NCBI RefSeq assembly: GCF_001194135.2 | Contig: NC_069008.1 | Coordinates: forward strand, 11,872,170 to 11,920,528 | Direction: 5' to 3' | Source of the DNA: Octopus bimaculoides | Lineage: Eukaryota | DNA: 48,359 nt | Part shown: one piece after another, positions 26,901-39,827 of the stretch | Layout of the letters: each line of letters opens with the position of its first letter | Numbering within the stretch: the first letter of the stretch is position 1 | Notes under the pieces: model-generated | What the model saw: only the letters and a program-made list of their open reading frames with translations | The model's database searches: none | What the model was told of the DNA's origin: nothing | Translations under genes and position numbers: made by a program

Positions 26901-27529
26901 TGTCTCAAGTTTGTACATCTTCCTCTTTCTGGCTTGCAGTTACAATCGTTTCTTTTATATTGGCGGGTATGGATCTTGTGCAACAGACTATGGTTGGTTT
27001 ACCATTCTGCAAATGGACCAGGCTTGTCAGTATGAAAGGAAACAATATCCTGCATTCATTTACTCTAATACTAGTTCAATGGTCAGATGGAGTGAGGGTA
27101 AGTAGATTTGTGTTTGACAAAATATCTGTGTGTGTTTTTGTGTCTTGTAGTAGTAGTAGAAGTAAGTGGTGGTAGTAGTAGTAGCAGCAGCAGTAGCAGT
27201 TGTAGTAGTGGTAGTAGTTGCTGTTGCTATTATTGCTTATGTTATTGTTGTTGTTATTGAAATTAATGTTCTTATATTCTCATTCGCCACTGCTGGGACG
27301 AGTTCCATCTCCCTCGGACGTATGCATTTTGTATTTTTAAAATACACATTCACATGAAACACCACTATTTTCTGGACTTATAACTGCAGTAAATTTTGCT
27401 TCCCACAATATATTTACATTAGTTATGATACATAAATGGCTATTGTAATTAATTTTATTGTTATTGTTATTTTCAGGACATGCAACAGCCGATTCTATGG
27501 CTGTATTTCTCCATATAAAACCAGAATAA
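9237..27529 (+). CDS. Five-exon gene for a secreted ~281-aa protein: signal peptide + PAN/apple-like module + unnamed C-terminal domain; join(9237..9528,15418..15596,17597..17760,26940..27097,27477..27529)
   Basis: All four introns are GT-AG with matching phases (1,0,2,1). The spliced CDS is 846 nt, an open frame ending in TAA. An alternative in-frame ATG at 9198 would add 13 aa. Confidence 0.88.
9559..10119. repeat. Unclassified interspersed repeat bounded by (ATT)n runs
   Basis: Non-coding block between ATT tracts at 9541-9558 and 10120-10170. I recognise it as an octopus-like repeat but cannot assign a class. Confidence 0.4.
10171..10385 (+). mobile_element. tRNA-derived SINE family B (Nin/Deu-domain-like core)
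   Basis: AAGG..GTGAGCTAGCAGAA head, GTCGACTTT.CCTTTCATCC...GTCGATAAATTAAGTACCAG core and AGAAAGG(ATT)n tail. Confidence 0.8.
10428..12143 (-). mobile_element. R4/Dong-like non-LTR retrotransposon, 5'-truncated, copy 1
   Basis: Frameshifted ORFs give FGLDKCAKATF, YKYLGV, AAQDQCLPTRNY, CHVC...HVVSMC (CCHC), RHD and restriction-like endonuclease NRP(N)I...FIDMTVP...K..KY. The 3' end runs into (TAA)n. Confidence 0.9.
12221..12790 (+). mobile_element. Tandem array of SINE family B copies (12221-12428, 12440-12655, partial ~12678-12790)
   Basis: Repeated AAGGTGGTGAGCTGGCA heads separated by (ATT)n. Confidence 0.85.
12795..13042 (-). mobile_element. Diverged tRNA-derived SINE (another family)
   Basis: Reverse complement starts GGCATAGTGGTTAGGGTGTTG...GATTCCTGGAC (A/B-box-like). 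Confidence 0.55.
13179..15191 (-). mobile_element. Decayed DNA transposon, CMC/Chapaev3-like transposase pseudogene
   Basis: Minus-strand translation from ATG ~15066 gives HPDSFCYIC, FGIPIFWREQRNYSDGCYFC, YPDLDSAEQPV, ILPSLHIKLGLMKQYVKAL and LDHFSDNLGDLNEQSEWFHQ, with many stops and frameshifts. CAC...GTG termini are tentative, and the superfamily is assigned from recalled motifs. Confidence 0.7.
15418..15596 (+). CDS. Coding exon 2 (VEDWMKVYAISRGTG...FRHPLLDTWDSLQIDE)
   Basis: Acceptor TATTTCAG| at 15417/15418 (phase 1); donor GAG|GTATGT at 15596/15597 (phase 0). Confidence 0.88.
15701..15916 (-). mobile_element. SINE family B
   Basis: Reverse complement of the 10171-10385 pattern, with an (AAT)n tail at 15691-15700. 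Confidence 0.8.
16880..17000 (+). mobile_element. Reverse-transcriptase remnant (CR1/L2/Jockey-like)
   Basis: Translates SGP*GSILGPTLLFLYIN, a decayed GVPQGSILGP.LF.LYIN RT motif. Extent uncertain. Confidence 0.45.
17597..17760 (+). CDS. Coding exon 3 (VKLVLYKNQ...NWFSFENLKSSPWNDL...FSINGN)
   Basis: Acceptor TTTTCAG| at 17596/17597 (phase 0); donor CA|GTATGC at 17760/17761 (phase 2). Confidence 0.88.
18945..19138 (+). mobile_element. SINE family B
   Basis: Same core and AGAAAGG(ATT)n tail. Confidence 0.75.
19151..21066 (-). mobile_element. R4/Dong-like LINE, 5'-truncated, copy 2
   Basis: QGIFQGDSLS, FGLDKCAKATF, TAQDQSLLTRNY, CRFC...DHLIS, ANRPDIII; frameshifted. Confidence 0.9.
21085..21190. 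repeat. (ATT)n microsatellite separating LINE copies 2 and 3
   Basis: Direct inspection. Confidence 0.95.
21191..22805 (-). mobile_element. R4/Dong-like LINE, 5'-truncated, copy 3
   Basis: HLLYKDDLKL (YxDD), EFGLDKCAK, AAQDQ, RHD, NRPDIVIKD...LIDMTVP...KYKELEIEI. The 3' UTR GTCTCAGCCAGAGACC resembles copy 1. Confidence 0.9.
23346..23895 (+). mobile_element. RTE-clade LINE 3' fragment
   Basis: KIRIFNTNVNAVLLCGAETW...CLHSILRIRWPEHISN.ELW...KWIG...WNPDGYRKRGRPK is the RTE ORF C-terminus; an A-run follows. Confidence 0.85.
24309..26898 (+). mobile_element. L1/Tx1-like element: decayed ORF1 plus first codons of ORF2
   Basis: A 215-aa open ORF1 N-terminus, then broken frames with VRVDGKIAKCHF(C)FSPKYLKADCP (CCHC-knuckle remnant) and a Pro/Thr-rich tail. 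CLNVYGL..K..HLLNDL at 26509-26570 resembles an APE endonuclease start. Boundaries uncertain. Confidence 0.6.
25881..26264 (+). mobile_element. SINE family C, full length, with 14-bp TSD
   Basis: A/B boxes and (CAA)n tail; TSD ATAACAGACACAGT (25867-25880) / ATAACAGGCACAAT (26265-26278), 2 mismatches. Confidence 0.9.
26940..27097 (+). CDS. Coding exon 4 (YNRFFYIGGYGSCATDYGWF...YPAFIYSNTSSMVRWSE)
   Basis: Acceptor CTTCCTCTTTCTGGCTTGCAG| at 26939/26940 (phase 2); donor GAGG|GTAAGT at 27097/27098 (phase 1). Confidence 0.9.
27477..27529 (+). CDS. Terminal coding exon 5 (GHATADSMAVFLHIKPE*)
   Basis: Acceptor TTATTTTCAG| at 27476/27477 (phase 1); TAA at 27527-27529. Confidence 0.8.
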
Positions 27530-28289
27530 GCAATTACGAAAAATAACTTCAAATAATCGGTACAACAGAGAGGATTGAAGTTCATATAGGAGAGAGATTC
27601 TCACCCAAGCCCTTAGGAAATATGAGATGACACTTGTACTCTCCAATTATAAGCCTTGTATCTAAATAAGAAACTTCCAAGATACATACCTCTGAATGAA
27701 TCATCAGTGATGTTTCTGAAATTTCAGTGGTTTACAGGATTTTTTTCAACATCAAACCCCTCACCCAGGAGATCCAGCTCAGATTCAACAAGTTCCAGCT
27801 TGGTTCCTGATAGCAGAAAACCATCGACCTTCCTTTATCATCCAACAATTACACTTATACATCACTCTAATTTATGTCTATTCATTTTCAAAGACTTTTC
27901 ATAAGCTTGTCCTAAACGTCTGTACCTGTTTACAGGCTTTTCGTTTGCTCTTGTTTCATATGTTCTCAATAATATAAGTTTCCTTTTCATAAGTTCCAGG
28001 TTATTCTGGTGGTTGAAAATATATTATTAATATTTAACATACATGGTGCATGTATGTTACATTAGAAACACAGGACGAGTAAAGGGTTAAACATAATGAG
28101 ATTTGTATTATATCACAATACTCTAGATGGTTCAATTAAAAATAAATAAAATAATTATAAATAAATTGAGTTTTATTTCATTTTCAGGTGTAGATGTACA
28201 TTGTAGGAAGTGTGAAACTTAATCAAATATTTCCTAGGTTTGGGAGACAAAGAAAAGGTTTGGAATTACTAAGTTTGTTGGAAACAATG

Positions 28290-28918
28290 TTGTTCACTCG
28301 ACATAAAGAATGGATACAAGGTATGATGTTGATTACTGATGTAATGAATCATCTACAAACTCTCAACTTGGCTCTGCAGGGAGAAGGATAAGATTATTTC
28401 TTATCTTACTCAGAAGGTTTTCAAAGAGAGATATTGTCAAGAAATTTCAGTCACTTTCCCAATCTCTGAAAAAGAGTAAATACATTCCCTGACATTAAAT
28501 TACAAGAGCTGCTTGATAATTTGCTAGCCAGGTTTGAATACCTGCAGAAGATGGAACCCTCCTTTATCTTTCTGGTAAACCCATTCAAATGTTGTTTTTT
28601 AGGTGTTATAACACCTGATGATTCATCCCAGAGCATGTATCTTAGAACTTTCTTATTTAGATACAAAGCATGAAATTGGAGAGTACAAGGCCTGAAATTA
28701 GTAGACGTTGCTATCAACCCTAATATTTGATTGCCATTTATTTTAATGATAAGCAAAGATTAATAGAATAATGTTATTGTTAACAGTAAATATCATTCTG
28801 AAAAGTGTAGTTTAAGTAAGATTTGGTTGCTATTTCTGGCAGGTCAAGAAACCACATAAATGTTTTGACTTTGTTGACTTTTTTGTTCTCGTCTCAGCAC
28901 TGAGTTGGGACTTCTGAT
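28290..28918 (+). mobile_element. hAT (SPIN/GTF2IRD2-like) transposase 3' fossil
   Basis: WIQGMMLITDVMNHLQTLNLALQG, RNFSHFPNL and RFEYLQKMEPSFIFLVNPF; frameshifted. Confidence 0.7.
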
Positions 28919-29030
28919 AGGTTAAAAATGGAGGCTTTCGTCAGCCACTGACCAGCTTATTACATTTGCAACAAGAAAGTACACATCCTAACATCTACAG
29001 CTGGAAATGGGACCTTGGAATTTTTTTTAT

Positions 29031-29245
29031 TTAACTTTATTGTTACTATATTTCTGTTGAAATACACTGCCTTTTATTTCAATTAATTCTGAAAAGAATG
29101 AAGCATTTAGTAAAATAACTTTATTTCGTTGTTGTTTGAAACATATTTTTACATGAAATTTTGACAGGTTTTAATTTAGAACACTTTATAATAGGGAGCT
29201 TTTATAGTAAGAGTCAAAGGCAGCTTCAGGTAAGTTCATATCAAA
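29031..29245. mobile_element. Diverged MITE-like repeat (partial second copy ~47756-47830)
   Basis: TATTTCTGTTGAAATACACTGCCTTT...TGAAAAGAAT resembles AAATTCCTGTTAAAACACACTACCTTT...TGAAAGAAT at ~47773. Confidence 0.45.
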
Positions 29246-30474
29246 CTTTGCCAGAGCAAAGCAGTCACCCAATCCAAAGCTGGGACCTAGTTGGATTGAC
29301 TAATTACAGTGAGAATACAGTATTGACATGAGAAATTAAACATTGTAAGTTATAAAAATCAGTATATAATAGATTATTGATCACAGAGAAATTTTGCACA
29401 CACACAACACACCTTCACAGACATAATGATTATTTTATAACACCAGAATATACAATATCAGAGACATTGCACAAGACAGTTACACTTTGCTTGCACATAG
29501 TCATGGATGTCATTATTGTTGATGTTTTTATTATTTAAATCCATCAAGTTTGCTCGACTAAAGGCGGTGCTCCAGCATGGCCGCAGTCAAATGACTGAAA
29601 CAAGTAAAAGAGTAAAGAGTAAGCAAAACTATGATTAAAAATATGCTAGCCATGGCCAGCCAGTTTTTTGGCATAGTATTTGTAAGCATACATTCTCCAT
29701 TGCATCAATCCATTTTTAAACGCTAGAGTATTATTGAAGGGACATTTGACTGCTGTTTCTGGTTGAATTAACAACCTGATGGACGCTTGCTAGTTGGTTT
29801 CAGCCAATTTCATTATAAAATTTTCTTCATCACTATACATTACAAAGTTTGTTTCTTTCTTTAGCAACGACTGAATAGCACAGTGACTTTGCCAAATCGT
29901 AATTGCTAGACTTACAAGAAATAGTTGCCACACCTAAATCATAGTAACTCTAACCACTTAGATAAGGAAACGATACATTTGATTATATAGTTATATGTCC
30001 CACTAAAAAGAGGAAATGGCCTAAGTTGGAATACTTTTGATTGCAGAATGTTCTCCAACTTATTCTAAAAGACATATAATATTCATCTTATATTATAAAG
30101 GGAAAGAAGAGGAAGAATCAAAATATATACCATGACTTGTATTTAGAAGAAGGGGTGGAGAATGAGTAAGTTATTGTTGAGAAAGAAATACAGTGCGAGG
30201 GAGAGATTGGACGGCAGATCGAGAAATTAATTTTTTGTAACTAAACACTTTAAAACTTCGGACACTGGTAGAATGTGTCATATAAAACCTTTTTTACTCT
30301 TAGTGGTGTTGAGGAAAGTTTCTATTTACGAAGTTATTTCGTGTTAAAGTTGTTGTGTTTCGGTAATTTCAACCAATCAATGACATGTATTCAGCTGAAT
30401 AAAATAATTTTGTTCCTGATTAGTAAAAAGAATACTTGTTTTGCAAATTCTATTATTCAAGTCTTTATCAATTA

Positions 30475-31385
30475 CTCTTACTCTTTCACTTGTTTCAGTC
30501 ATTTGACTGCAGCCATGCTGGAGCACCACCTTTAGTCGAGCAAATCAACCCCAGGATTTATTCTTTGTAAGCCTAGTACTTATTCTATCGGTCTCTTTTG
30601 CCGAACCGCTAAGTTACAAGGATGTAAACACACCAGCATCGGTTGTCAAGTGATGTTGGTGGGACAAACACAGACACACGAACACACATATATATATACA
30701 AGCAAATAATTCAAAATAATGAAGTGTTCGTATGAGAGAGTGGTCTGCCTGTCCATCAATGAAGTGAAATGGAAGTGAAAATGATAGGAAAATGAAAAAC
30801 TGAAACACAAATAATGAAGAGGTGTTTTACCTTTCAGTTGTTTTGTTAATTGGACTATGGCCATGCTGGAGCACTGCTTTGAAGGATTTTAGTTGCATCC
30901 ACTCCAGTCTTTTTTTTTTTTTCAGTTTGTTAGACTTCTAAGTTTGAGATAATGTCATTATAGATGCCAATTAGCATACCTCTGCATCTGTACTCTCCAC
31001 CCTCAAATTTGTTGCCTTGTAACCTCCAGAAAAATGGATATTTTTGTATGAAATTTCCAACATGGTGTAGAATTTGTTGTGAAACAAATTTTTGAATGAA
31101 TCGAGCCCCCACTGTACGTTTTCTTTTCAATCTGGTACTTGTTCTGTCAGTCACTTTTTGCTAAACCGCTAAGATTGAAAGACTTAAACAAACCAAAACT
31201 AGTTGTCAAGCAGTGATAGGGAACAAACACAAAGACGAAGACTCTCTCACATACATATGCACATATATAATGGGCTTTCACAGTTGCAATCTTCCGAATT
31301 CACTCCTAAGCCATTTGTTGGCTTAGGGCTATAGTAAAAGACATTTGCCCAAGTTGCTATGCAGTAGTACTGAAACTACACAGCC
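30475..31385 (-). mobile_element. Cluster of SINE family A fragments (30475-30700, ~30830-30900, ~31120-31385)
   Basis: TTCAGTCATTTGACTGCAGCCATGCTGGAGCACC and related segments. Confidence 0.75.
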
Positions 31386-31761
31386 AAAAAAAAATGGTAT
31401 AACCAAAAAATTAAAGGAACCCAAATCCAAATTGTTCAAATGGGCCACTTACTAATGCATTCCACTGCTTTTTGAACATTTTGTATTAATTATATTAATA
31501 TTTTATTCCTTAAAGAGTATTTCTGTAAGTATTAAGGACTTGCAATAATCTATAATGAAAGCATTACATATACCAAAATTGTAGACTCTACATCTTTAGT
31601 TATGGAGAAAGCTCACAGTTGATGGAAATAAATGAAATACAAAAAAAATAAATAAACAAACCCCTGGTATACAGTGTTCTTCTTTTTGAAAAACCCACAT
31701 ATGAACTGCAAAAAGAAGAGCACTGTATACCAGATTAAGTGCCAAGAAGGGACTTGTGTGA

Positions 31762-33272
<1,511 letters not shown>

Positions 33273-33649
33273 CTGTGTCATTGTTGAAGATAAGCTCCTG
33301 AGAAAGACAACACATGAAATGTACAGCTTCATTTTTGTTGATCAAATAATTTTTTGCCTTTTTCTTGTTAGTATATCTAATAATTTTCTTATTTTTTTAT
33401 ACTTGTGGAGTAATCTAGTAATTTTACCAACCCACAGTGAGAAATTATCATCAATATTTATAAATATTAATATTGATACAATTCTCTGCTTAGTGATTTT
33501 TGTTCACAAGAGTTTCTTGATCAAATTCATCTTTTCCTTTTTCATATTAGTATATCATGCAATTTTATGGATGATGCTTTACAATATTCATGAAATTTCT
33601 GTATACACCAACAGAAAAAACAACTCTTAATTTGATCAGCAAAATTTAA

Positions 33650-33869
33650 TCCTTTAGCATTCAAACTGGCTGTATCTGGCCCAAATATTCTACCCATTTT
33701 ATACTCAAACTGGCCAGAGCCAGCAACTCACACCTACCCTGCAATGTCATTCTAAAAACAAACAATTACATCCTTCACATGCTGAAGCTACAAGATAATA
33801 CCAGATAAATTTTTTTTAATGTGAATAAATAAGGATTACTTATGACAAAGTAATCTGAATGCTAAAGGG
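33650..33869. mobile_element. piggyBac-type MITE
   Basis: TTAA (33646-33649) | TCCTTTAGCATTC ... GAATGCTAAAGGG | TTAA (33870-33873). Confidence 0.8.
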
Positions 33870-34379
33870 TTAAGCAGTAGATGTCGCTGGGTTATGTTAA
33901 ATACAAATGTCAAAACTCATTCTTTGAAAACATATTTTACTCAACCATTAATGTATTCACACAGGAAAGGTATACCAGTGTTGTATCAGGATCAATACTG
34001 TTTTATATAACTACCACTGTATATTAGTGCTATAACTTATGTCTATGATATTTTTAATAAAAGCATTCCTTCAGAATACTTATGTATACACCTTCTGACA
34101 CACTTCCAGGATCAAGATACCATTGATTTATTTGATATTGTGCATCTGACCCATGCCAGCATAGGATATGAACACAAAAAGAGGGTGATGACGTGTGCAT
34201 AAATAGGTGAGAAACATATTGTTGGAAGGTATAACATCCCTATACAATTACAGTTATCACTGTTAGAAATAATAAACAAAGTTCAGAATATTATATTCCA
34301 TCATGTTATAATAAGTTATGTGGATGATATCTAACAAATATTTTCAATTTTTTATGCATTCTTTCAGGTGTCTTATGCA

Positions 34380-35215
34380 TATTCCGGTTTCATCTCATCT
34401 CATCTTCACCCTCTTATACCTGAGAGGGTCGCAGGGGCAGAGTCCTCAAGCACTCTTTCCATCAGGTCTTGTCAGAAGGAATTATCTCCCATTGATTCTG
34501 CTTGATCCCCAAGCAAGATTAGCCAAGTTCATAAATGTTATGCAGTCATCTTGCTGGTGGTCCTGTTTGTTAGATTTGCCTGAAAAAACTTCTGCAGCAA
34601 TTCTTTCCTGATACATTCTTACTACATGTATCTGGTATCAGAGCTGTGATCTCTAATCTCAACATTACTCCACAGACCCATCAGAGGAATCCCAACTTGG
34701 CCACTAGCATTTGTGATATTACTCTTTCAGTCATTAACCAAAATTCATTACCGTAAGGGCAGACATGAACATCGAATTGAAGATAGCAAGTTTGCTTTTT
34801 ACTCCCACCTCCCTTTTAATGATCAAATTCTGAAGCTGGCACCTTATTGCTCAAACTCCTGCAATTCTTGCACTTGATTCAGTCTTCTGGCTCCCATCAC
34901 TCCTGAAAACGACCCCAAGATACTTGAACTTCTCCACCGGCTTCAATGGACCTCCAGTCACATATACAATCTTCATGGCTCTGGTTTTCATTCCTGCTAG
35001 GCAGTACTCAACAGCAAACCTATCAAGTGCATGTTGGTGATTACTTTCCGACATTTTTAGTAGTGCCATGTCTACAAATTCCAGCCAACCAATACAACGC
35101 TCTCTGGTCTCAATACCATTTCTAACCTGGCTGTGCATGTCAATCCTGTCCGTAAATATTATGAAGAGTTCAACATCCACATTGAATGGTTGTGATTGGC
35201 TCCATTTATCCCAAT
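34380..35215 (-). mobile_element. RTE-clade LINE fragment
   Basis: Minus-strand LFIIFTDRI and PLKPVEKFKYLGVVFRSDGSQKTESSARIA motifs; decayed. Confidence 0.7.
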
Positions 35216-36415
35216 ACAAATACTAGGGCATTCGTATATTTCTATATCCCATCAAGGGAATGTCACTGATGTTTGTTTATATTTATATATATTTACCATG
35301 TCTTTTATCTGTGGCATGATTCCTGAATGTGAATTTGCAATTGTGTCAGTATCACTTTCAATTTAATATAAATGCAAATTGGATGGTATAATTTGTGAAT
35401 CTTCATCAATGTTTTAAAGTTTATTTTGCACTTTGTCTGAACTGCATGCCTGTATACGTTTACATGTTTTACAATTAGGAAAGGAAGGAAAATAAAATTT
35501 GTTCATGAAGCTTTCAAAAGGAAATTCGATATTTTTAATTGAAGAAATTTGATTGATAACTATTTGCATGGATGCACTCATACTTTGAAAAGAAATATAA
35601 GATTTTTACACAATGCAAATTCCAGCAAAATCTTAGAGGAAATAGCACTAATGTGGGTTGGCTATGTTTATTTCACTGCATCTAGTTAGTGTTTTGTCAT
35701 TTCAGCACTGAGGCCCAGAATCCTTAATTTTTACTTCATTATTTCCTCTTGGTGAATATTCTTCATAAGTCAGGGATTGAATGAAGTGGTTGAGAAATGT
35801 TTTGTAAAAGATATGGTGGTTGAGAAATATTTTAAGAAGGATATTGTTTTAATTGTATGTGGTAGATGAGAAATGTTACCACAACACTGGCATGAGACAG
35901 CACTACAGCATGTGTAGCTTTTGTGGTCTAGAATGTATTATTTTTCTATCTGAATAATGACAGTCTGTATTACAGCACCAATTGCCAAACTGTGGCTCTT
36001 TGATCATTAATATACATGGCTGATGGAATGTATTTAAGCTCAGATCTTTTTTATCACAATATTTAAATTAAATACAATTCAAGCTTTCCAATTATTTATT
36101 GGATATGAACTGATACCAGTATAGTGTTGTGGGAACAATGTTTCTTATTTTTGCAGGAAGGGAGAATGGCATTCCCCAACTATTTCAAATAAGACCAAAT
36201 ACATAATTGTAATGATTTTGTTAAAAAATATTCACCCTTGCTATTTTAGTATTGTGCTCTTTAACTTTCTCAGCATATTTCCCGTTCAAATTCTACCCAG
36301 GTAGATTCATATAATTGTATAAGAAAGAGTGTTATTAGCATGTAGAATGTTATTTTCATCACTCTCTTTCAAAACAAGCTCAAATGTGTCGCATACATTT
36401 GTAAATGACATTAAA

Positions 36416-36741
36416 TACTCTTTACTTGTTTCAGTCATTTGACTGCGGCCATGCTGGAGCACCACCTTTTAGTCGAGCAAATCGACCCCAGGACTTATTC
36501 TTTGGAAGCCTAGTACTTATTCTATCGGTCTCTTTTGCCGAACTGCTAAGTTACGGGGGATGTAAACACACCACCATCAGTTGTCAAGCAATGTTGGGGG
36601 GACAAACACAGACACACAAACACATACATATATATATATAGATATATACGACGGGTTTCTTTCAGTTTCCGTCTACCAAATCCACTCACAAGGCATTGGT
36701 CGGCCCAAGGCTATAGTAGAAGGCACTTGCCCAAGATGCCA
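36416..36741 (-). mobile_element. SINE family A, head-truncated
   Basis: Reverse complement of the adjacent copy. Confidence 0.9.
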
Positions 36742-36851
36742 AGATGGGAAAATTTATTTGATGTCGCTACTGTTGTTTATTTTTCAGTACTTGTTTTGGT
36801 TTGCTTTACACAATGACCGTTGTTGCATTAACTAAGAACAATATTGACATA

Positions 36852-37222
36852 GGCGCAGGATTGGCTGTGTGGTAAGTAGCTTGCTTACCAACCACATAGT
36901 CCCAGGTTCAGTCCCACTGAATGGCACCTTGGGCAAATGTCTTCTACTGTAGCCTCGGGCCAACCAAAGCCTTGTAAGTAGATTTGGTAGACAGAAACTA
37001 AAAGAAGCCTGTCATATATATATATATGTATCTGTGTTTGTCCCCCACCACCATCGCTTGACAACTAATGTTGGTGTGTTTACATCCCCATAACTTAGCA
37101 GTTTGGCAAAAAAGACCGATAGAATAAGTACTAGGCTTACAAAGAATAAGTCCTGGGGTCAATTTGTTCAACTAAAAGCAGTGCTCCAGCATGGCCACAG
37201 TCAAATGACTGAAATAAATAAG
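36852..37222 (+). mobile_element. SINE family A, full length
   Basis: GGCGCAGGATTGGCTGTGTGG (A-box-like), GGTTCAGTCCC (B-box-like), central TA microsatellite, AT-rich tail. Confidence 0.9.
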
Positions 37223-37589
37223 CAGTAAGTATTGACTCAATAATTACTTTACTTGATGATGGATCCCTGACCGTTCATAGAGCAATGAATAACAACCAAT
37301 TGTTAATGATAATGCTAGATCTGAGCGAGGCATTGTTCTTTAGTGCAAAGGGCAGGAATGGTAAGGAGGCAGAGGGTTACAGAATATCAGAAGACTGATG
37401 TTGTGGGTAAGAGGGTCAAACATTTGCATGCACAGAGAGAGGATGAAACTGGTTGCAGATAACTTTGCTACTCTAGCCTTGACTGCACTCTGGTCACATA
37501 CATTAGCACAGCTTAGTACAAGCTGTTTGACCGTTCATACCTAGTAGATACACTTTGGATACTAGGTTTGTTTCAAAATCTCTGGGGAA

Positions 37590-39310
37590 AATTTGTGAAG
37601 GAAGACAGCATCACCAAGTTGTAAAAAACAAAGATATGAAGATGAAAGCAGAAATTTTAAGCCAGAGTGGGAGAGAAAAATACAGTGATTGGAGCCAGTT
37701 TAATTGTATTGAGGAATATTGTTCATGCTAAACGCCCATATTCTGATGGGGAATTTGTTCAAAAGAATATAGCTGCAATTGTTGCAGCATTTGATTCAAA
37801 TAACATGAAACTTCAGTGACTAAAAGCTCAAACACCAGTTTCACACCACACTAAAGAATGCATACTCCTCAGATCAGGGAAAATGATTTTTGAAATTCCC
37901 TTGCATTCAACTGATGTACAAGACAACCCACAACCAGTGGCAGCTCATATATAGGCACTGCAGAACTGCAGCACCCGCTATTTCCACTCGATACTATCAA
38001 GTGGAAATGTTATCGATAACATTCAATGTAATGAGTCCTTTTTCTTTAATTCTTTCTTGTACATTGTATAATCCTTAAGCTTAATGTCAGTAGCTATCCC
38101 CTAGTTTATGAAAAAATAGAAAATCCTTGTATAGAACTGTGCACTTCACAGTTCCAGCGACACAGTGTTTGGCTGTTGTGCACATGCTCACATGTCTGAG
38201 ATAGGAAGCTTCACACTAGGGAGAGACAGCACTGACGTTCATGCAGTGCTGATAAAAGGTAGTGTTTCTTTTTGACTCCACGTGTTGTGCTTAAAAACGC
38301 GTTTATATTCTTGAATGTGATTAAGTGTAGAATTAGATTATTATCCTAATTCCAGCTTCAGTGTTGCTGCCAGGATTTGAAAAATAGGGTACACCCACCC
38401 CTTTATTTTGTGATTTAGTGAGAATTTTTGAAAAACAAGGGAAATTCGTGGTGGTTTTCAGTGAACAAATTAAACACACTACCTGACAGTGGCTAAAACG
38501 TGAACCAATTAAGTTTATATATAAATATTCTTTTTATATGTTTGTTTCCTTTTACACAATATTAAAACAACAGCTAAAAATTTTCTGAAGCAGCACCCAC
38601 CCTAATTTTATCTACAAGTTGCCACTGCCCACAACTGCCAGTTTTTTGTTTATATTTCTTCTGAGTTCATTGTAAAAGAAGAGATGTTGGATTTAGTGGA
38701 ATTAAAAGAAACAACTTGTGGTATTGACACAAAAAATGTGCTTGAGAGTACCTTAACAAATGCTGGTACTCTACTGAATAAGCTAGGTCGGTGTTGCAGC
38801 AGATGGCGCACTTGTAATGACTGGGAAAAATGCAGGATTAATTGTGCTTATGAAAAGCGATCCTAGCTTTCCAGAGTTTCTCCCTGTTCATTGTATTATT
38901 CATTGTGAACCCCTTGTAGCCAGATTCTTCAAGTATGAAGATGCAATGAATTCTGTATTCACAATTGTGAATTTCGTGTTTAAATAGGAAAACCCACCAA
39001 CAGTTCTGAAAATTTATTGAAGAACTGAAGCTTGTGAGTTGGTTATCGACCAGCGATATTTTGAGTAGGTTTGCGAATCTGTTGGAACCTATTATTACTT
39101 TTTTTAAAGAAAAACAAGAAAATTCTACCTTCAAATAGTAAGTGATGAACGTGCAACATTTGTTCATTACTGATATTATGAATCATCTATAAACTCGCGA
39201 CTTGTCTCTGCAAGGGGAAGGATAAGATTATTTCTGATCTTACTGAGACAGTTTTAAGCTTTCAGAGAGACAAATTGTCAAGGAATTTCAGTCACTTTCC
39301 CAATTTCAGA
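37590..39310 (+). mobile_element. hAT (SPIN/GTF2IRD2-like) transposase fossil interrupted by insertions
   Basis: KQRYEDESRNFKPEW, AKRPYSDGEFV, KEEMLDLVELKETTCG, DGALVMTGKNAG, HCIIH (hAT C-x2-H motif) and ITDIMNHL...LQG. Confidence 0.8.
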
Positions 39311-39692
39311 ATATGTAGGGCTTCATCTTTCTGATAAACATCACGAACATGTATGTCGTTTGTTTCTTCTCTTGTCTGTGTTTGCAGTTTTGTTTAAGTT
39401 TCGACTTCAGAATTAATTTTTAATAATGAGGAGAAACAAAGGCAGTCTAATAACTTGGATTTTAAAAAAAGGAATACAAAAATCTCAAACTTTGAGGATA
39501 TTATAGGGGGTGGGATTTAAATGTGTGTAAAATTGTATGAGATATAGTCGAACACAAAATCGGAAAAAAAAAAATTGGAAAAAGATTAACACGGTGTTAA
39601 AAGCCGCGCTTCCATCTGAACTTCTCCCTTTTACTTTACTGGTTTCTGTCATTAGATAGTGGCCATGCTGGAGCACTGCCCTGAATGTGTTT

Positions 39693-39827
39693 GATCGATA
39701 TCGCACGTCCGGAAATTTAAGCGAACTGCTTACCACAAGGTTTTCTGTCGAGCACACAGCCAAATCAATGGTAGCATGCGCGCATCTAGTGATTTGCATT
39801 GTAGCATCGACTACTCACGACCACCTA
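39693..39827 (-). mobile_element. Inverted, truncated second copy of the Merlin left end
   Basis: Reverse complement aligns with 40548-40700, with an ~18-bp indel. Confidence 0.85.

Noticed and set aside
28177-28200. Strong acceptor TTTCATTTTCAG at 28188 as a sixth coding exon of the secreted-protein gene
   Set aside because: Exon 5 already ends in TAA, and the following sequence has an immediate stop and runs into the hAT fossil. It may be a UTR exon.
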